Positions 16,101 through 23,242 of a DNA stretch of 42,512 nucleotides are shown in pieces. Under the pieces are notes generated by a model that did not search any database, was not told where the DNA came from, and saw only the letters and a list, made by a program, of their open reading frames with translations. Position 1 is the stretch's first letter. The number at the start of each line of letters is the position of its first letter. The stretch lies in the IMG/VR virus record IMGVR_UViG_3300032219_001071, positions 1 through 42,512 of that record, one strand, 5' to 3'. The stretch comes from a virus (taxonomy: Duplodnaviria; Caudoviricetes). A program made the position numbers and the translations under genes.

Positions 16101-17442
16101 CAGAGAGGGCAAGGTTAAGGCCGGTGGCGAGGCGTTTGACGACCCATTTGCCACCATGCAAGGCGATGCAAACAGACTCCAGTTCCTGACTGCTGACGAC
16201 ATTGAGGCTGTTCTACGAAGCGCCGGAGCCGACTCAGCAATCAAGGTAGTCCGCAAGGAATCTGAAATCCTATCGCAGGCTGAGGGAGTTGCTAGCGCGG
16301 AAGACCTTGCCAGAGCTCAGCCATATGATCTTGTGTTCACCGAAGGATTCGACGCTGACGAAATCTCCGGGAGCCTGTTTGACGAGCTACCGGACCACGT
16401 CAAGGGAGACGACAGGTCTAAGGTTATGAAGATCATTCTTGACGCAGCAGTACGGGCAAGGTTCTTCCAGATCATGAAGACAGATCTAGACCAGCAAGGT
16501 ATCGACAGCAGCTTCATCACTGAGGACGACCTTGACCCAAGCGCGTTCAAGAAAGTGGAAACCCCAGATGGATCGAAGTATGTGCTGAAGCCAAGACTTG
16601 AGCAAGATGGCACGTTTGCTGGCCCATTCTCCAGAAGAGGTAAGGGCCCAGTTAGAACACTCAAGCTTCAAGATATTGATGGAGACGACAGGACTTCTCG
16701 AGCACTTAAGGCCGTGCTTGAGCGAATCAAGCAGGGCGGAACGTACGCTGAGCAGCTAGACATGGACGAGGCAGCACGACAAGCCGCTAACGTCCTGGAT
16801 TTCCGCAACAAGGCTCTTGGCCTTGATAGGGACTCTGCACGTCCAGCCAGCACAGAACCGATCGACATGGTGTCGAATAACGTTCTCGGACCATCAAGCA
16901 AGCTCCCAAGATTCTCACCTGGCGCAAAGGCTGGTATTGCTGGCGGTACGATTGCCGGCACTCTTGCGGCCTACCTGCAGTTCGGCGCTGACGAGCAGGC
17001 CAAGGAGATTGCCCTTGCCTCACTACCAAGCCAGGTTGCATTCGAAGCTCTTGGCGCAGTGCCTAAGGTCGGCGGTCCTGTAGCAGCTGCTACGGGCCTG
17101 GGCGTGGCATATGCGACTGGCGGGGACATGCTTCGGGCGCTTGCTGGCATTACAGGCTCCGTAGTCGGCGGTATCGCAGGCACTGGTGCCGGTCTCTTCA
17201 CTGGACCTGGTGCGTTCGTAAGCGGCCTTGCAGGCAGCACGGCTGGGTACATGATTGCAGACAACCTGTACTCAGCGGTCACTGGCAAGTCACCAGCCAG
17301 CCAGGTACCAAACAACATTGCAAGATCTAACTCGCTCATGGAGCAGAGGATGAGAACCCCGGGCGTGAGGGACTTCATGCCAGAGGCACCTATGCCTGTA
17401 GTTAATAGGGATATAGCTGCACTAGAGAGGATGGGCGGATAA
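10183..17442 (+). CDS. Giant (2419 aa) polyvalent, probably ejected virion protein with ASCH-like and SLOG-like domains
   Basis: GAAAGG RBS; ASCH-like IAGERTSTSR...VRITAV...LAASEGY (about 10600-10870); SLOG-like VGIIGTAGR...LISGGAAWADHVA...RNSLVA...GGTADTW (about 11340-11920); C-terminal Gly/Ala hydrophobic helices. Confidence 0.85.
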   Translation: MAKIPDPKEIQAQIDRLVNKTVDQQVEGKAAPAAPKAGAAKDPFAGMKKETPRAEAPTPTPPAAAAPSAPAAGGTSAPAAPAKPAPYQTYIEYEYVGEPDPDSASSMPSEEMNYTAGQRTASGKLAIAPAVRGDKRSNIEKVIAGERTSTSRQYAPKKGVVPGANLLLTVRGKPAAVVRITAVYKIMGSTQDGFAVLQDLATGTEVKKPIERLAASEGYDAAEYAKTIYNTKITPGEAVAAEYDADLNAKAQAGIDAAQGAPAEAPVSRATSIGMAPGDVPVPPMGETTPSVAPTPLPEASIPPAQTPETQVTATTPTDATVAQGTEQGTSKPLAAGSNPAGGASSAFASMTATPEQIKATAAPADGDFGIEGETQPYTLPETDGRYVGIIGTAGRRGDGARLTEGDYRFLVRYIGGAVKPNDVLISGGAAWADHVAVQLFLDGKVGGLVLHLPAELIVGPDGKLTFRNGGFGTAGSTANYYHSLFDKALKVESGFSLKQIQEAIDRGAVVTFGDGTQGNEGMKERNSLVARDARDFLVAMTFDPNMKTQTPRDGGTADTWRKHRKGHPEAKRRLVDIRAQNPDPSEGERLRAFDSRKGQYALGRAETEQTADMLNTMAKAEGEKGSLLDKAAQNIRELAITESTAQGYNLQQALKAMQAEEAKVLTRASRIAFLPTDKLVSAALVIAMLDAQAPVSEEIYTMIDEGFLPNVGMLKRAQGREIDVQAAIRFMRDRLLTKTVELGKGENDVLITRILENAGVPLSAFAKTGADAPAYTYPGADAQAAEVKIKRVNNDLKRVLARIQKNAADLGPLMSHPEVAKRLYLVTSLLSGIEQDIDSEFAGEALPSRLRTDRYSGLPYLRALEQIDPIFEYIRMRADIDPSEVLPSDPNDRDPYKIAEAVLAAGAQPPQSRGKRGRYVYDEAQLHATYKAGTPYRRYAFDLNGEVHPQYMTLDELGLVTDKFDGFENPYAGLASVNELVTGRTNTSRATIGMHISADSSARVEWVSRIPKKEVEVLRAIKKLLADKHPAYITPGTPDEVAIVPGAFIQYTRYASLVDDVADSTYNNVSNALGKVYLVDVTGKGEYQVTIDGVTYYIGKGMYAFKDGDETGLKLAQKVSELEVDDVPNSRVSKPFKLGDKAQYPQLTGLGKFFRIDIDPVVHMTFAHNDHTLLSERDAARFGESFDPDQQINEPLKPAKGGKFQGMYLISPEYTREPGFIYKTVQEPYLQSLTNEDGTPMLSPETGKPVTIRLFRTVVVGERVRMAPGVEDFADYTDNSPTNIEFDEGLRFVIGNDIQIGRTLDGVDLIEDNYDDVVATEIRQQQPVFLQGAERRARDRQERIEQGLDPVDDSMSESDKAYRNFTEAGERVDHFGRDYSFADHEEYNSDSPFAPSVAEARSTERMAALMPGGGGVAPDEADVRAMPEFTMEDFMSPEGLTPESQKILDQLVADYFYILRVRARDVSQMVPNPNFVEREGQIGWRALRGVVKLRGEMLRDLGYRRALALHRYQTREPAILNSVLFDIFAVTGDRVDVANEVTKQVYTDIEVEDNFVSTRKGRLSFRDTPIVDDSDALAREFAFSVARRMLRERTPNVYETSTESMVAREESAEERAIEAERGGGSAEAVTDYNSELAQIAAEANLAEGKAKPYPYTGVEVGESLEHTLGDGRKVSGSTEEGRDLVKAIMDQERSNNQLDAKFNKAMESFTEEQKKKASAKKKSLDEAGQKRLNNLISALEKVEEEAAIKALRSRIKAKEAPAPQPVEATVAKQPTPRVNRVLDPMSVDERRAFAYRAWALYSEHVAADGDGDAFVRTINRALAAATTVKGKENKFNQVLNFVFDNNGIVMVPDVYFTDVNGNKTYPEPKVKNPQYNSAARRTSAFDATFTVEEMEKFVSELSTMRTSRLAGGLRQIIRYAKTHNKAAGKKKQLRFYLTIDRETGMPKFSLSVSPTRPGQKFVPTPYAPGGTDREGKVKAGGEAFDDPFATMQGDANRLQFLTADDIEAVLRSAGADSAIKVVRKESEILSQAEGVASAEDLARAQPYDLVFTEGFDADEISGSLFDELPDHVKGDDRSKVMKIILDAAVRARFFQIMKTDLDQQGIDSSFITEDDLDPSAFKKVETPDGSKYVLKPRLEQDGTFAGPFSRRGKGPVRTLKLQDIDGDDRTSRALKAVLERIKQGGTYAEQLDMDEAARQAANVLDFRNKALGLDRDSARPASTEPIDMVSNNVLGPSSKLPRFSPGAKAGIAGGTIAGTLAAYLQFGADEQAKEIALASLPSQVAFEALGAVPKVGGPVAAATGLGVAYATGGDMLRALAGITGSVVGGIAGTGAGLFTGPGAFVSGLAGSTAGYMIADNLYSAVTGKSPASQVPNNIARSNSLMEQRMRTPGVRDFMPEAPMPVVNRDIAALERMGG
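11140..11215 (+). tRNA. tRNA-Arg(UCU) nested in the giant CDS
   Basis: Acceptor GCCACCG/CGGTGGC, D arm GCTC-AGGGGACA-GAGC, loop CT-TCT-AA, T arm GCAGG-TTCGAAT-CCTGC, G73, CCA; 76 nt. Anticodon stem is weak (two G-U, one A-G). Confidence 0.85.
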
Positions 17443-17837
17443 TGTACAACACGCAAGAGCTACAGGCATATGTTAACAGGTGCCTTCCGGTCTTTGGCCT
17501 TGCCAACTGGAAGGTAGACGTATCTCGGCACCCAACTGAGGAAGACAACTGGGCGGATATCGAGGTCTCAGACAACCTGTGGAACGCCACCCTGCGCGTA
17601 TCTAGCGATTTCTGGACTCTCGACGCTGAGGAGAAGCGCCGGATCGTAGCCCACGAGCTGCTCCACGTCCACTATGCTGGGCCAGAGCGTGCAGTAGAGT
17701 CCCTGTCCGGCGTGCTTGGGACTGAGGCTTATGCCCTACTCTCGGCCATCTTCGAGAAGGAGATCGAGCGCTCTGCCGACGCCCTGTCCTCTGTAGTGGC
17801 TAGATTGCTACCTCCGGTAGATGTGCACAGCTCTTGA
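17442..17837 (+). CDS. Zincin-like metallopeptidase (HExxH)
   Basis: RRIVAHELLHVH plus downstream E..IE; TAATG-coupled to the giant gene. Confidence 0.75.
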   Translation: MYNTQELQAYVNRCLPVFGLANWKVDVSRHPTEEDNWADIEVSDNLWNATLRVSSDFWTLDAEEKRRIVAHELLHVHYAGPERAVESLSGVLGTEAYALLSAIFEKEIERSADALSSVVARLLPPVDVHSS

Positions 17838-17861
17838 CAAGCCTGGATATATATAGAGAGT
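17833..17861 (+). promoter_or_regulatory. Putative late promoter, copy 2
   Basis: CTTGACAagccTGGATATAtATAGAGaGT directly before the AAGGAG RBS of the tail-fibre gene. Confidence 0.7.
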
Positions 17862-17875
17862 ATTAAGGAGTCTTA

Positions 17876-19492
17876 ATGGCACGATTCAAGTTCGGACGGC
17901 CAATCTCACTGCGGTGGAACGGGCTCCTCGTTGAGGGCCCGGCAGAGACCGTGTTCGAGATTCCTGACGAATACTACGAGGAGTTTAACGAGGACATCGG
18001 CCCCGTAGAGCCAACCCTGGTGTGGCTAGACTCGGACGAGGGGGCTACCCTTAGAGGCCGTGTAACAGCCCTTGAGGGGTCAACCGGGGTATCGCTAAGC
18101 AATGGGACGCCTGCTGCGCTTGGCACCGCAGCCCCTGGATCTGGCGCAACAGCTTCTCGATTTGACCACGTTCACCCGACCACAGGTCTGTCTCTCTCAA
18201 GCCACAACCACAGTGGCACCTATGACCCAGCCGGTACAGCTGCGTCAGCAGTGGCGTCCCACGTCGCGGCAGCAGATCCACACCCAACCTATCTAACTTC
18301 TACAGAGGGTAACGCAGCATACTCCGCCACAGGCCACACGCACACATCGTTTGCAAATAACCTGCAGATCAATAAGGCCGACTCTAAGCTGCAGCTTCTG
18401 AACACCACATCTGGATCTGGAGCCGAAGACGGCATGTACCTGCTTATGGCAGATACCGATGTTGGATATTTGTGGAACGCAGAGACCAACGGTGCTCTTG
18501 TGCTTGGCACAGGTGGCGCAGAACGAGCGCGCATTACTCCTGCTGGTAAGTTTGGTATCGGAACCAACTCACCATCCCATCAACTTGAGGTAGTTGGTCC
18601 AGCAAGCGTAACAGTTGGAGTTAGTGCTGGCGGGGCGGGATTTGCTGAACTAGAACTTGTTGGGCAAGCAGGCAAAAACTACATTACCTCTGACGACACG
18701 TTGTCATTTGATATTGGCGGAACAGAACGGGCAACTATTGCTACGACTGGTCTTAACGTAACATCTGGAACACTCTCACAGGGTGGCACAGCAGTAAGCC
18801 TTTCTGGACACGCTCACTCAGGAGTGTATGATCCGGCAGGGACAGCAGCATCAGCAATCTCGGCGCACGAAGCAGCTGCAGACCCACACCCAACCTACCT
18901 AACATCCACTGAGGGAAACGCAGCATACGCGACAACTGGCCACAGCCACTCGTATGTTACCTCTGCTACCGGGACGACCAACCAGGTCAACGTCAGTTCC
19001 AGCACCGGAGCTGTGACATTCAGCCTACCGCAGAGTATTGCCACTAGCAGCAGCCCTACGTTTACAAACCTTACCACAACTGGATACCTTACCAGCGCAA
19101 ATCCATACGACTCTGGTAACTCAACCTCATCAGTTGCTGTATCGTCTGTTGGAACTACCCCATTGAATACAACGATCAGCGCGACGGTTAGCCCATCCTT
19201 TGTCGGGCAGAAGTTCCTTGTTGCATATTTTGGGTCATCAGCAACAAACACTTCAACAGTTCAATACCTAATCCATAGCATTACTGACACTGGAGGAAAC
19301 TCTTTAGCACAATTCAGAAACTTCTCAAACGGCAGCGGCGTGACATTCACAAACGGATTCTTTGGGCAGGCGGTCTGGGTTGCCGACGCACTAGGGTCTA
19401 AAACATTCCAAGGTCGCGTACGAATGCAGAGCTCCACAGGAGTTACGGTGACCATCTACTCATACGGTATGTTCTTCATCCCATTCCCATAA
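17876..19492 (+). CDS. Tail fibre / receptor-binding protein
   Basis: G/S/T-rich; SR.DHVHP, HxH, AADPHPTYL repeats; ER.RIT..GKFGIGT.SP module. Confidence 0.85.
   Translation: MARFKFGRPISLRWNGLLVEGPAETVFEIPDEYYEEFNEDIGPVEPTLVWLDSDEGATLRGRVTALEGSTGVSLSNGTPAALGTAAPGSGATASRFDHVHPTTGLSLSSHNHSGTYDPAGTAASAVASHVAAADPHPTYLTSTEGNAAYSATGHTHTSFANNLQINKADSKLQLLNTTSGSGAEDGMYLLMADTDVGYLWNAETNGALVLGTGGAERARITPAGKFGIGTNSPSHQLEVVGPASVTVGVSAGGAGFAELELVGQAGKNYITSDDTLSFDIGGTERATIATTGLNVTSGTLSQGGTAVSLSGHAHSGVYDPAGTAASAISAHEAAADPHPTYLTSTEGNAAYATTGHSHSYVTSATGTTNQVNVSSSTGAVTFSLPQSIATSSSPTFTNLTTTGYLTSANPYDSGNSTSSVAVSSVGTTPLNTTISATVSPSFVGQKFLVAYFGSSATNTSTVQYLIHSITDTGGNSLAQFRNFSNGSGVTFTNGFFGQAVWVADALGSKTFQGRVRMQSSTGVTVTIYSYGMFFIPFP
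18203..18949 (+). repeat. Duplicated 47-codon fibre module (18203-18343 and 18809-18949)
   Basis: HNHSGTYDPAGTAASAVASHVAAADPHPTYLTSTEGNAAY vs HAHSGVYDPAGTAASAISAHEAAADPHPTYLTSTEGNAAY; mostly synonymous DNA differences. Confidence 0.9.
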
Positions 19493-19499
19493 GGAAAAT

Positions 19500-19652
19500 A
19501 TGATCTACAATATTATTGCAATCTGCAGAAACGAAACTTGCGAGGTCAACGGCGTTGAAAGCCGCTTTGAAAGCGAAGACCCGTCAAGCGTTAAAGTCAT
19601 TTGCGGCCCATGCCAAGTTATCATTACTGATATTTCTGTAAGCGAAGCATAG
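19500..19652 (+). CDS. 50-aa Cys protein after the fibre, possible fibre chaperone (not in ORF track)
   Basis: AAGGA RBS; CRNETC...VICGPC. Confidence 0.65.
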   Translation: MIYNIIAICRNETCEVNGVESRFESEDPSSVKVICGPCQVIITDISVSEA

Positions 19653-20111
19653 ATGAAACTGCTTAGTAAATGCGCAGTATGCTCAAGCCCACTCGTAGAC
19701 GTGATCAACCGAAAGATGACCGAAGGGATGTCAGACGTAAAGATCAGCGAATGGCTGAAGGCCGAGAACTCGTATATCAGTCGCATCACCCTAGGAAATC
19801 ACAAGCGCCATCACCTTACCGACGAGCACATGAATGCTCGTAAGGAAGTAGCCAAGAAGGTGCAGCAGGCAGTAAAGATTGAGGCTACAAACAGCGACTT
19901 GGCCAAGCTTGTAAGCGGATACGTCTTCAAGATGGTTGAAAACGGGGATCTGACTCCGACACTGTCGGAGGGACTCCGGGCCCAGGAAATGCTGGACCGA
20001 AGAAAGGAAAAGAACGCAGATCGAGGTCTCGCAGTCGCAATGGCTGGGATTCTCGGGGGCGGATCATATACTCTGATCGCAGAGGAGGTAGACAATGAAC
20101 AAGGAACTTAA
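19653..20111 (+). CDS. Putative terminase small subunit (CxxC...HxxxH, HTH-like)
   Basis: CAVC, ISRITLGNHKRHH, helical C-terminus, position upstream of TerL. Confidence 0.55.
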   Translation: MKLLSKCAVCSSPLVDVINRKMTEGMSDVKISEWLKAENSYISRITLGNHKRHHLTDEHMNARKEVAKKVQQAVKIEATNSDLAKLVSGYVFKMVENGDLTPTLSEGLRAQEMLDRRKEKNADRGLAVAMAGILGGGSYTLIAEEVDNEQGT

Positions 20112-20307
20112 GGCTGTACTGGCGTCCTGGGGGCGCTCGTTCCTAGCCGCAGTAGTCGCCCAGCTGATCGTGCTTGGGGACGGCGTTCTTGACCTTAACC
20201 GTGACGGCATTCGCTCGCTCGCGGCTGCGGGCCTTGCAGCTGTTCTCCCAGTAATCCTTCGCTGGCTTAATCCGGACGATGTTGCGTTCGGGAACAAAGG
20301 AGAATAA
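20095..20307 (+). CDS. Putative holin
   Basis: 70 aa, two TM segments, SWGRSFLAA...LRWLNP.D.AFG signature. Confidence 0.7.
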   Translation: MNKELKAVLASWGRSFLAAVVAQLIVLGDGVLDLNRDGIRSLAAAGLAAVLPVILRWLNPDDVAFGNKGE

Positions 20308-20309
20308 CT

Positions 20310-20969
20310 ATGGCGCCACCAAAGAAGGTAAACAGAAGCGTTGAAGGGTCAACTAAGGTCGAAAGCCGCGGCAACACAGGCAAGAGCACTCCTGGCAAGC
20401 GCTATTCCAGCGGAGCCCCCGCACGCGGGACCGAAGCTCGCAAGGACATGCTTGCCGATATGCAGCGACTTGTTAATTATGTAAAGACCGGCAAGTTCAA
20501 GAACTGGAAAGAGAAGAAGAAGATCTGGGCGCAGATCGACAACTATCGAGTAGCACTTGGAACCCTCAAGGAAGACAAGCGCAAGTCGAAGAGCAACGCC
20601 ACCGGCGTAAGCACTTATGCCGACGGTACAATCAAGGTGAGGAAGGAAGCCGGATTTGATCGAGACTCCGGTCGTGGCGGTGGCCGCAAGTCCTCGCAGA
20701 TGGCCGATGGCGGCGGTAAGCCTACTAAGCCGAAGGGCAAGCCAGGCAGTCCTAAGCCGCGTCCAGTATACGTACAGGCTGGGCAGGCGTTCGACTACAT
20801 GCCGTTTGACGGCGCTCATCCAGAGAAGTCAAAGCGAACTGCAGCCCAGGTTTACAAGGATAAGATTGTAATGCCAGCTGAGAAGGCCAAGCAAGGAGAG
20901 TCCCGAAAGGACTACATCCTGCGCAAGACTAAGGAAGGACTCGCCAAGGGCGGGACGCGTGGTCGATAA
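20310..20969 (+). CDS. Lys/Arg/Gly-rich protein
   Basis: AAGGAG RBS; strongly basic low-complexity sequence. Confidence 0.7.
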   Translation: MAPPKKVNRSVEGSTKVESRGNTGKSTPGKRYSSGAPARGTEARKDMLADMQRLVNYVKTGKFKNWKEKKKIWAQIDNYRVALGTLKEDKRKSKSNATGVSTYADGTIKVRKEAGFDRDSGRGGGRKSSQMADGGGKPTKPKGKPGSPKPRPVYVQAGQAFDYMPFDGAHPEKSKRTAAQVYKDKIVMPAEKAKQGESRKDYILRKTKEGLAKGGTRGR

Positions 20970-21124
20970 TGTTGGGGAAGAAGAAGGCTCCAAAGAGCCA
21001 GCCAAACCCGAAGCCAGATCGCTCAAAGATTACCTACAAGGTTAAGGAGAAGAGAGCTCCTGGGATTCCAGCTAGCTCAGCTCCTTATCGATATCGTACA
21101 GTTAAAACATCAAGGGGGCGATAA
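20969..21124 (+). CDS. 51-aa basic protein (not in ORF track)
   Basis: MLGKKKAPKSQPNPKP...TSRGR*, TAATG coupling on both sides. Confidence 0.65.
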   Translation: MLGKKKAPKSQPNPKPDRSKITYKVKEKRAPGIPASSAPYRYRTVKTSRGR

Positions 21125-21297
21125 TGCCAGGAAAGAAGATGCCAGCGTTCCTCATGGATATGTATGCCAAGAAGGGCGCTAAGGGAAAGGCCAAGCCTAA
21201 GGGCAAGGCAGCAAAGGGAAAGAAGCTTCCTAAGGGCGGCAAGAATCTCTTTGGCACTAACAAGGCCGGACAGCGTACTGTAGCCCAGCGTGGCTAA
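21124..21297 (+). CDS. 57-aa Lys/Gly-rich protein (not in ORF track)
   Basis: MPGKKMPAFLMDMYAKKGAKGKAKPKGK...QRG*. Confidence 0.7.
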   Translation: MPGKKMPAFLMDMYAKKGAKGKAKPKGKAAKGKKLPKGGKNLFGTNKAGQRTVAQRG

Positions 21298-21595
21298 GAC
21301 CCCAGCCTGGACCCGCAAGGAAGGTAAGAACCCTGCCGGCGGGCTGAATGCTAAGGGGCGTGCTTCCTACAAAGGTGGCACGCTCAAGGCGCCAGTTAAG
21401 TCTGGCGACAATCCGCGTCGAGCGTCGTTCCTGGCCCGCATGGGTAACATGCCTGGGCCGGAGCGAGACTCGAAGGGACGACCGACGCGTCTCCTGCTCT
21501 CTCTTCAAGCGTGGGGGGCTAGCAGCAAAGCAGATGCCAGGGCTAAGGCCAAGGCAATCAGCGCTCGAAACAAAGGAGCAAATCGTGCCAGCTAA
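21290..21595 (+). CDS. Conserved basic phage protein (DUF6321-like)
   Basis: PAWTRKEGKNP.GGLNAKGRAS...RRASF.ARM...SL.AW motif. Confidence 0.75.
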   Translation: MAKTPAWTRKEGKNPAGGLNAKGRASYKGGTLKAPVKSGDNPRRASFLARMGNMPGPERDSKGRPTRLLLSLQAWGASSKADARAKAKAISARNKGANRAS

Positions 21596-21743
21596 AAAGG
21601 GCCTTTACTACAACATCAACGCCAAGAAAAAGCGCATTGCCGCTGGATCTGGCGAGAAGATGCGTAAGCCAGGATCGAAGGGCGCACCTACAGCCAAGGC
21701 GTTTAAGGAGTCCGCAAAGACAGCTAGGCGCAGAACCGCTTGA
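21585..21743 (+). CDS. Conserved small basic phage protein
   Basis: GTG after AAGGAG; GLY.NINAKKKRIAAGSGEKMRKPGSKGAPTAKAFK.SAKTA. Confidence 0.75.
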   Translation: MPAKKGLYYNINAKKKRIAAGSGEKMRKPGSKGAPTAKAFKESAKTARRRTA

Positions 21744-23242
21744 ACATTAATGCTGAGATTGCCCAAGATCTCGCCAGAGGTCGAACCGACATCGGTTTCT
21801 TTGCCTCTCGCTGGCTAGGTGTCAATCTCAATCCGGGCCAGTTGGCCTGGTTAGAAGGTATGGTTGCCCGTGATGAGACAGGGTTCAGGCCTAAATACCT
21901 GACCACTGTGTGCAGCGCTGGTAACCGGGCCGGTAAGACTTTGGGGATGGCGGTTGGAGTCCTGCACTCTGCCACCTACAAGCTGGGACTTCGTCCCCCG
22001 ACCGCTGGGTCCATTGAGGATGCCGAACGTTGGACTACCGAGCCTTACGAATGGTATCACATTGGTATCCAGCAGGAAACTGCCGAGTTGGTGCATAGGG
22101 AACTATCGATGCTTCTTCAAGGAAGCCATCCGGCCCAACGCGGCAGGGGATGCCCAATCGTGAAAGAGATCGGTCCAGTATATAACTTAGAGAAGAAGTA
22201 CCGCGGTGAGTACCTGTGGATCAAGGTTGACCCCATCTTCGGCGGGGCAAACATCCACTTCCGCACCACTCAGGACAAGGCCAAAGCTCTCCTGGGCAAG
22301 GACATGAATGGCATCTCGTTCGACGAGGCAGCCTTCGAGCCACATCTTCTCATGATCTACCAAGAGGTTTTGAACCTCCGACGGCTCTCGACGGGTGGAC
22401 AGCTGCACTTCATTGGCACACCGACTGAGGGCATCAACGACTACGCAGACCTGTGGGAGCTGGGAAACCCAATCAACCCAGACCGCGATGACCAGTTCAT
22501 GAGCTTCCGGCTCTCGACTAGGGACAACGTAGGGTTCGGTCTCGACGCCGCAACGTTCGACTCAATCGTACGCCAGCAGGCAGAGTACTTGGTACCGCAG
22601 AACATTGACGGTTACTTCATCGAGGCTAGAGATGCGTACTTCAACTCAGACATGATCGACAAGTGCTTTGTGGACTTCGAAGAGGAGATTGCTCCGACCA
22701 AGGGCCGCAGGTACTCCCAGGGCGTAGACCCTGGCATTTCATCCGACGCGACGTGGGCAATCACGATTGACTACACGGAGCGCGACATGATGGTAGGTGT
22801 CCGGTGCCGACGCAAGGTTGGCAAGCAGACAATCCCATCGGTGGTGAACATGGTGCGAGAGGGGCACCTGCTCTACAACCAGGATGGGGCTGCATGCACC
22901 AGTACCATTGACTCAACTGGCTTCGGTGGAAAGCTTTTCCGACAGGAGTTCAGCATCATCAAGCCGCTGAGGGACTATGACTTTGGTGGCACGAGAGCCA
23001 AGAAGCTGGAGCTTCTGGCAGATCTCAAGGCCGTGATTGATCGGCAACAGCTCAAGCTCCCACGCAAGGGTGCTTGGATGGAGCTCCGGCGCCAGCTGCT
23101 GGGCTACAAGCTAGATGACAAGAAGCTGGAGACTGATGCCGTAATGGCACTGGCGCTGTCGGTGAGGCACGCGACCAGAAACCCTTCGAACCCGGTGACG
23201 AAGCCTGTGTTCAGCTATTTTGGGGAGATTGCAAATGCCTAA
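21740..23242 (+). CDS. terL: Terminase large subunit
   Basis: Walker A AGNRAGKT, Walker B ISFDEAA, GTP coupling motif, nuclease GVDPG, IDSTG.G, D.VMALAL. Confidence 0.92.
   Translation: MNINAEIAQDLARGRTDIGFFASRWLGVNLNPGQLAWLEGMVARDETGFRPKYLTTVCSAGNRAGKTLGMAVGVLHSATYKLGLRPPTAGSIEDAERWTTEPYEWYHIGIQQETAELVHRELSMLLQGSHPAQRGRGCPIVKEIGPVYNLEKKYRGEYLWIKVDPIFGGANIHFRTTQDKAKALLGKDMNGISFDEAAFEPHLLMIYQEVLNLRRLSTGGQLHFIGTPTEGINDYADLWELGNPINPDRDDQFMSFRLSTRDNVGFGLDAATFDSIVRQQAEYLVPQNIDGYFIEARDAYFNSDMIDKCFVDFEEEIAPTKGRRYSQGVDPGISSDATWAITIDYTERDMMVGVRCRRKVGKQTIPSVVNMVREGHLLYNQDGAACTSTIDSTGFGGKLFRQEFSIIKPLRDYDFGGTRAKKLELLADLKAVIDRQQLKLPRKGAWMELRRQLLGYKLDDKKLETDAVMALALSVRHATRNPSNPVTKPVFSYFGEIANA

Noticed and set aside
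15604-16689. ADGDGD (15604) and DIDGD (16672) as two-barrel RNA polymerase active sites
   Set aside because: Short acidic matches in helical context without recognisable double-psi barrel motifs; a virion RNAP cannot be claimed without structure prediction.
17876-19492. Fibre repeats as DGR template/variable repeats
   Set aside because: No reverse transcriptase; differences are synonymous rather than adenine-specific, and both copies are in one CDS.
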